NCBI RefSeq assembly: GCF_000281045.1
Contig: NW_008246096.1
Location: forward strand, 39,727 to 103,726
Origin: Saprolegnia diclina VS20
Lineage: Eukaryota
Direction of reading: 5' to 3'
DNA: 64,000 nt
Under the pieces are notes generated by a model, which was given only the letters and a program-made list of their open reading frames with translations, did no database searches and was not told where the DNA came from. Of the stretch, positions 57,803 to 64,000 are shown in pieces (positions within the stretch are counted from its first letter, which is position 1; the number at the start of each line of letters is the position of its first letter). Made by a program: the position numbers and the translations under genes.

Positions 57803-58310
57803 ACTCATAGATCCGGGGGCAACCTGAATACACCTGGTGCCGTCCTACATGTATAAGCAACTTGGACGTAAAGTTGACCACGGTACCGTCATGCCGGCAC
57901 ACGTCGCGCCGACGAGTGTGATGTCAGTTGCCTTTGTCATCGATGCACTCGCTTCGGCGCCATAGCCCAGTAGACTGCGCAGAGTCTGGCAGCGTTGGAG
58001 CGTAGGATTGGGTGCGCGTGCATCGGATCAATGAAAATGCTTTGGTGCTCGTGTAATCGAAGGAGACGGTCTCGCCTCTCGCCAAGGCAGCAGACGCTGC
58101 CCCCAGCCGTTCTGCGAGGGTTAAATGTCGATGTAAGCGTCATCAAGTATCGAGTCCACGATGCCCGATCGATATATTGGTATGAGCCAATCAGAATGGT
58201 CTTCATAATTCATATATCCAATCCAAACGCTGTATTCCCTTTGCTCTACCCAATCACGTGGTGCCTCCGTAGAATCCAGTCGCGTCAAGGTCGCTTGACT
58301 TGCAAAGAAG

Positions 58311-59087
58311 ATGGTGCTGCCGATCAACCGCTTCCGCCTCCCGCAGGACCTCAAGACGCTCTCGTGGCGCTTCGAGCACCCCTTTCGCTGGTCGACGATC
58401 CGAAACCTCGCGTTTCATCCGTTCAACTGGGCTCTCTCGACGCTGAGCCTCGTCCTCGTGCTGGGCTCCGTGCTCTCGCATCTCTCGTTCTACGCGCTCA
58501 CAACGCTCAAGTTTGGCCTCGAAGAGGGCTCGAGCGAAGTCGACATTACGATCCCCCATAGTATCAAGCACGCGGCGACAACCGACCTCGTCGTGCACGA
58601 ATACTTTCAGCTCGAGCGCAATGAGGACGACAGCAGCGCGATGGCCGGCGTCGACCTGCGCCTCAAGTACACCATCGCGCACTCAAAGGCGTCGCTCGAG
58701 GTGTACCTTGCGGTCCTGTACTTTGTCTCGCTCAAGCCCATTGTCGCCACCGTCTTCTTTACGCTGGGACCGGTCTTGCTCGTGGGTACGCTCGTTAGCA
58801 TCTTCCAACCGGGTCCCAACGACGTCGCGCTGCTCGTGTCGCTCATCGAGACGTACGGAGGTGTTGCGCTCTCTTCGGAAGAGGAAGCGTGGATCGCTGG
58901 CGGTCAGCACGTGTTTGTCGTACTTTTCTCGCTCGTCGTAACCGAGTTCTCGGCCGCCGTGTCCCACGACCTCATGCGACTCTTTTGCTGCGAGTGGCGC
59001 ATCGTCTACGACGAAGAAGACGCCGACGGAAACCAAATCGCGTCCGAGTCGACACCATTGCTCTCATTGCATGCTCTTGTCGAGTAG
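58311..59087 (+). CDS. Uncharacterised multi-pass membrane protein, 258 aa
   Basis: Intronless ORF with GC3-rich codons, 3-4 hydrophobic segments and several CCAAT boxes upstream. Confidence 0.7.
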   Translation: MVLPINRFRLPQDLKTLSWRFEHPFRWSTIRNLAFHPFNWALSTLSLVLVLGSVLSHLSFYALTTLKFGLEEGSSEVDITIPHSIKHAATTDLVVHEYFQLERNEDDSSAMAGVDLRLKYTIAHSKASLEVYLAVLYFVSLKPIVATVFFTLGPVLLVGTLVSIFQPGPNDVALLVSLIETYGGVALSSEEEAWIAGGQHVFVVLFSLVVTEFSAAVSHDLMRLFCCEWRIVYDEEDADGNQIASESTPLLSLHALVE

Positions 59088-59325
59088 CAAAATGATACAA
59101 AGAAACCTTGCTCATAGTGTACATCGTCGTCGACTGCGTGACGTACACACTTGCAACACGATGCGTCGTCCGGAGTCTCGCCAATGCCTCCTAGGTCACC
59201 CGCGCTTCACGGAAAATGTGACTCTGGTCGGAGTAGCGAGACTAGTGACGCACAAGGTATACAACCTCGGCACAAACAAGACCTTGATGCTACTATCACT
59301 CCACGTTTCGGACGACGTCTCGGTA

Positions 59326-60645
59326 CTAAAACTCGAGAAAAGCATCGTTCATGGCGGCTGTACATTGCACAGATTGCGGGTCTCGCGCCGGAGGCGACGG
59401 CACATCAAAGCAGGTCACATCCCCTGGGCAATGGAACGAGGGTATGATCGGGGGAACGATCTGGTGCGCTTCAACGTCTGCCCAGACGATCGATGTAAAC
59501 CATGGGTGGGCGCGCATGGCACTGGGATCGATAAGGCGGCGGCTGCGCTCGGGCCGCAGAAGCTGCGAAATAAAATCTACACAAAACGCTTGCACTCTGT
59601 AGCGACAAGGAGAGAACGAGCTACCTTTGGCCTCTTTCGAGACGGTCTTGGGACAAGCAAACGCGCCTTGCACGACGCGCGTGTAAATTTCAAACGGCGA
59701 GTCGCCTCGACCTTTGTAAAACGGCGTGCGCCCGACGAGAAGCTCAAAGACGACGCAGCCGAGCGCCCACCAGTCGATCGCGCGGGTGTAGCCGCCTTGG
59801 GGCTTGAGCTGCTCGGGCGAGAGGTACTGCGGCGTCCCGAGACTCGTGTACGTTCGCGTCTCTGCTGTCATGTGCGGTTTTGCAAAGCCAAAGTCTACGA
59901 GCTTGAGATGCCCACTGGCGTCCAAGAGGATATTTTCGGGCTTGAGATCGCGGTAGACGTAGTCTTCGGCGTGCATGCGTTCCAAGCACACGAGCAGCTC
60001 GGCCGCGTAAAACTTGGCTTCTGCATCGGAGAAGACGCGGTATTCGTGCAGCCTCATTACGTACATCGCATCCCACGTCACCAAAGGCAGTGGGACGTAC
60101 CAATGAAAGAGCTCGCCGCCAGGGACATATTCGAGTACAAAACACACTTGGTCGCGAGTCTGAAAGGTACCAAAGCTCCGGACGACGCCGGGAATCCCAT
60201 GGAGGTCCTGTAGCGCTTGCTTTTCCCGGAGGAGACTTGACACCATCTTCTTGGCGACCGCATCGGCCTTGTAGACGCTCTTGAGGGCGAAGTACGTCTT
60301 CGACGCCTTGTGCTGGGCGGTCGCGACCGACCCGAGGAAGCCCGTGCCCACGATCGTTTCGATACGAAACATATCAAGACTCAGCGCCCTTTTGACCTTG
60401 AGCGATCGGCCTAACACGCGATACGAAGGACACATTGGCAAGGACGAGGTGTACCGATCCAGTCGATAGCAGGCACACTCTGATTGTTGGAGGTAGAAAC
60501 GATCGTATACGCACTCTCGCGGTGGCGCGTCGACGAGCCGCTGCCCATCGATGACACGGCCGTTTTCCCGACCAATAGTCGACACGTCGGTTATTTCCTT
60601 GACTCCAGGCGTGTCTTGATCCCCATCATGTATGCTTAGAGTCAT
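59326..60645 (-). CDS. AGC-group, PKA-catalytic-like protein kinase
   Basis: GTGFLG, FALK, LEYVPGGELF, YRDLKPENILLD..GHLKLVDFGFAK, TYTSLGTPQYLSPE, DWWALG, C-terminal FLEF; two probable in-frame introns. Confidence 0.9.
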   Translation of the reverse strand: MTLSIHDGDQDTPGVKEITDVSTIGRENGRVIDGQRLVDAPPRECVYDRFYLQQSECACYRLDRYTSSLPMCPSYRVLGRSLKVKRALSLDMFRIETIVGTGFLGSVATAQHKASKTYFALKSVYKADAVAKKMVSSLLREKQALQDLHGIPGVVRSFGTFQTRDQVCFVLEYVPGGELFHWYVPLPLVTWDAMYVMRLHEYRVFSDAEAKFYAAELLVCLERMHAEDYVYRDLKPENILLDASGHLKLVDFGFAKPHMTAETRTYTSLGTPQYLSPEQLKPQGGYTRAIDWWALGCVVFELLVGRTPFYKGRGDSPFEIYTRVVQGAFACPKTVSKEAKGSSFSPCRYRVQAFCVDFISQLLRPERSRRLIDPSAMRAHPWFTSIVWADVEAHQIVPPIIPSFHCPGDVTCFDVPSPPARDPQSVQCTAAMNDAFLEF

Positions 60646-60702
60646 TGACAGCAACCCAAAACCCTCCACGTCCAGAAGACCTTGAAAGAGAGGGTGGTGG
60701 AA

Positions 60703-62662
60703 TTAGAGCTTTTGGCCAAAGACGCCGATGCGATAGAGGCATGTATACTTGTCGTGGCCGTGGTTGGAGAGGATGTGCAGCGTCACGCCGTCGACGGGGG
60801 TTCGTGCAGCCTACGAACGCTCACATCAGTCTTGCGGGCGGAATCATGAGGAACGTACGAGGCCACTTAATGCAAACTCCTGCGTCGACGGCCCGCCGGC
60901 TGCAAACTCAAAGGTGCCCAAGTCGACCGACAGAACGCGCTGCAGGACAGGATCGAGGGCGAGTCCCTAAACATTCCTCTGATTGGCGGAGCGCAGATGA
61001 TGCAGCATGCGTACCGTGACTTGAAACATCTTTGGAGCAGTCGACGCGTTCGTTCCAGCACTGTCGGTGGTCTCGGGACGGTACAGTTGCACCGTGTCGG
61101 CCAGAATCGCATCTCGAAAGTGGATGGTGAGCTTCCCAGAGGACCCTTGGAGACTCCAGCAGTTGGGGGGTTGCCCCAGTGGACTGTCCTGTATGAAAGA
61201 TGAGCCAACTTGAAACGAATTCGCGCAAGTACCGTAATCGTAGTCTCGGGGTTGGAGCTCGTGAGCGGACACGAGGTGCCCAGAAGCGAGCAGAGCGGAA
61301 AGTCCGAGTACGACGGCGACGTGTACGGGGCTGGCGACATCCAATTCATAAAGAGCGCTTCGACCCACGACCCAAAGAAATCACTACAACAACATTAATA
61401 TACACACAACGCTAGATCCGCCTTCGTACCTCTTGTACATGGCAACGCGGGCGCCATTGGCACGGCTCGCATAGTCGATGCGTCCTGGACTGGACGATGT
61501 ACTACTTGCAAGAGTCGTCCGGAGCTCACTCGAGACGCGGCTCGTTTCTTCCCGCATCCACGTCGCCAAGTCGGCCTTGAAGCGCGCCATTTCTTGGGCG
61601 AGCTGCACATGCGCCTCCGAGTAGTCGGCCGCATCCGGTCGGGGGTTCTTCGTATCCCAGGCAGCAACGATCGTTTCGGTTGACTGGAGCCGGGTGTCCT
61701 GGGCACGACTGCTCTCTTTGAGAGTGCTCACTTGCCCCGAGAGGGACGCAATTGTCGACTCGAGCGGGGCCAGCATGCTCTGGACGTCAGCTGTCTGCAG
61801 CACAAAAGAAGACATCAAATTCAACGATTTCATAGGAAGGGTCGTACCATGCCCAGAAGAGCCTTTTGGACTGCGCCAGCCACCATCTCTTCCATGTGCT
61901 CCAGGACGGAGCGTGGAATCGGCTCCGTTGAGGAATGCTCGGCGCCAGCCATGTGCTCGACGGTCTTGGTCGTCTGCTGGTGGAGGACGAGCAGTTGGTT
62001 CATTTTGCTCGACTGATCACGATGCGCCTTCTTGAGCGCGTCCATATCGTGGATCATTGCATCTACATGCACTTGGATGGTCGAGATGGCTTGAGCTTGG
62101 CTGTGGCCGTGCGACGTCAACGAGCCGGACGACGACTGGACGACGCTGATCAAGTACCTAGTCACCGGTCATGACGCGCTTGCATGGCAGCGCGCTGTGT
62201 AGCGTACTGTGGATAGATAAAGGCCACGGCAAGACAGAGAACCGGCAAGAAGAGCCATGTATACCCCATGACGCGTGCGAGCCCGTCCACTGCTGCCCGC
62301 TACATCGATGGTCATCGTCACCGCGGCGACTGCGTTCGCCAGCATACCATAGATGGCTTGGTCCGGTACCACGGCAGGCGCTTCTTGCCAAGTGGTCGGT
62401 TTGCCATGCGCTGCATGGCCGCGTGCTCGTCCTCAGACTCGTACGCTTCGCCATCCTCATCGTCGTCCTCGTCGTCGTCCTCGTCGAGCATGGAGCCATA
62501 CGCGCCGCTCACGTCGTCGCGGAAGAGCGTTCGCTGAAAGGGCGGATCGACGCTCTCCTGGGACGCAAGGCGCTGGCGCACCATGAGCGGCGGCGTCTCA
62601 AAGCCCGGCGACCCGCTCTCGCGACGGCCCTTCCGGGCGCTGCCTGGCGTCGCGCGGTGCAT
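60703..62662 (-). CDS. SUN-domain (Sad1/UNC-84) nuclear envelope protein, multi-exon
   Basis: Basic/acidic N-terminus, hydrophobic segment, coiled coil, then IDYASRANGARV, NCWSLQGSSGKLTI, STAPKMFQV, LGTFEF, ILSNHGHDKYTCLYRIGVFG*. Confidence 0.85.
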
Positions 62663-63148
62663 GGTCGGGCGTGCGCGTTGGGAATGCAATATCCGGATAC
62701 GCGCCAACATCTAGCACATGGCCGCAAGCCCCCATTTGCATACATAAATCGATAGTGAAAAAGCTTGCGGCCAAGGCCGTGGGACCGCGCCAAAACTTAA
62801 ACTCTGAGGATCCACTCCATCCTGCACCAAGCGTAAGCTCGACCCGGCAAAGGTAGCTCTCGTGCGCGTGCAGTCGCTCCTACACTTGTCCTTGGTAGAG
62901 AAATATGCAGTCGCTGGTCAATTCGATGCTTGGCTGGCCTCGACATACGCCGTCCAAGTGCTTTTCAAATACGGTGGACCCGAGTCCGATGGCGCCAAGG
63001 ACAAGGAGGCACATAGTCGTTGGCGCCGAGCGCATGACCAGCTCAGGTAGCGCCAAGGGCCGATGATTGCATGATCCTGGAGCCCGGTTGAAGACGGCGG
63101 CGGCGGCTATCCGGATGCAGGATGCGGAAACGGATCCAGCCTGCGAAA

Positions 63149-64000
63149 ATGGAAAACTACAACATCTACGACGAGATCGGCCGCGGGTCGCACTCGGTGG
63201 TGTACAAGGCGCGCCGGAAGCGCAGCATCGAGTACGTGGCCGTCAAGAGCACGGGCAAAGGCCGGAAGGACAAGGTGCACAACGAGGTCCTCCACCTCAT
63301 CAAGCTCGAGTCGACGTTCGTGCTCAAGTTTTACAACTGGTACGAGTCGAGCAACCACATTTGGATCATCTTCGAGTTCTGCATTGGCGGCGACCTCCTC
63401 AAGCTTCTCGCCCAAGACACGGCGCTGCCCGAGACGTCGCTGCAGGTTCATCCATCCACGATGTGCTTGCGTCATCCTGCCTTAGACCTTTGGCCATGAT
63501 CTTGTCCATGGCCTCCACTACGTCCACTCGCAAGGCGTGCTTTACTGCGACCTCAAGCCCGCCAACGTGCTCGTCGACGAGTATGGGTCGCTCAAGGTCG
63601 GTGCCTCCGCGCGACTAGCAGGCTGCTTAAATTGTCAGTAGCTGGCGGACTTTGGCCTCGCCCGGCGTATTCCCACAGTCGAGGCGCTCGAAAAAGTAAG
63701 TGGGCCCATGCACAGAGCTGTTGCGAATGCACACGAGCGTAGGACCCGCTGGCGCCGGGATCTCCGCACTACATGGCACCCGAGCTCTTTGAGGCGACGC
63801 CGTTGCACAGCTTTGCCTCTGACTTTTGGGCGTTGGTACAGCCGTACGTGGCCCAACCGAGGCCGTCATGCAACCGTAGGGCTGCGTGCTGTACGAGCTC
63901 CGCGTCGGGACGCAGTTGTTTCCCCACCGTGACTTTAACCAACTCCGGCACACGGTAACAGTCTAGATTTTGCATCTCGGCGGTCGTACGAGATGTCTTT
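63149..64000 (+). CDS. ULK4: ULK4/RUNKEL-like (pseudo)kinase, 5' part only
   Basis: MENYNIYDEIGRGSHSVVYKARRKRSIEYVAVKS, LKFYNWYESSNHIW, GGDLLKLLAQDTALPE, YCDLKPANVL, DFG, YMAPELF, SDFWAL; runs off the window end. Confidence 0.85.

Noticed and set aside
62862..63050. 62-aa ORF between the SUN and ULK4 genes
   Set aside because: Non-ATG start, no motif, located in a divergent promoter region.
22727..64000. A cilium/centrosome gene cluster (HOOK, ARM, NPHP4, SUN, ULK4)
   Set aside because: The genes are scattered among unrelated housekeeping genes, and such categories are common enough to co-occur by chance.

Overview
Eukaryotic, gene-dense, GC-rich DNA with short (about 40-55 nt) GT-AG introns, oomycete-type Inr/FPR core promoters (GCTCATTYYNCAWYTT-like) and oomycete-style TKL kinase motifs, so most likely an oomycete of Saprolegniales type (inference). 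The first 19 kb is a mirror-symmetric array of seven GLUT-like MFS sugar transporter genes pointing outward from a central, intron-containing lipid A 4'-kinase gene (lpxK). It includes a near-identical inverted duplication and a CCZ1-like gene, and an intron-containing bacterial-type sfsA gene lies at its right edge. Downstream come a mitochondrial NDPK, a HOOK protein, a myristoylation-type ARM protein with one repeat per exon, an LRR/TM-TKL kinase, a PHD-AP2-HDAC fusion, ATG3, DUF501, an orphan, a tandem SUEL lectin and UFL1. After these lie a giant NPHP4 carrying about 16 EF-hand-pair modules, a mitochondrial CysRS, an orphan membrane protein, a PKA-like kinase, a SUN protein and a partial ULK4-like kinase. 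No rRNA, tRNA, CRISPR array or transposon was recognised. All family calls come from motif recognition by eye, and exon boundaries are manual.
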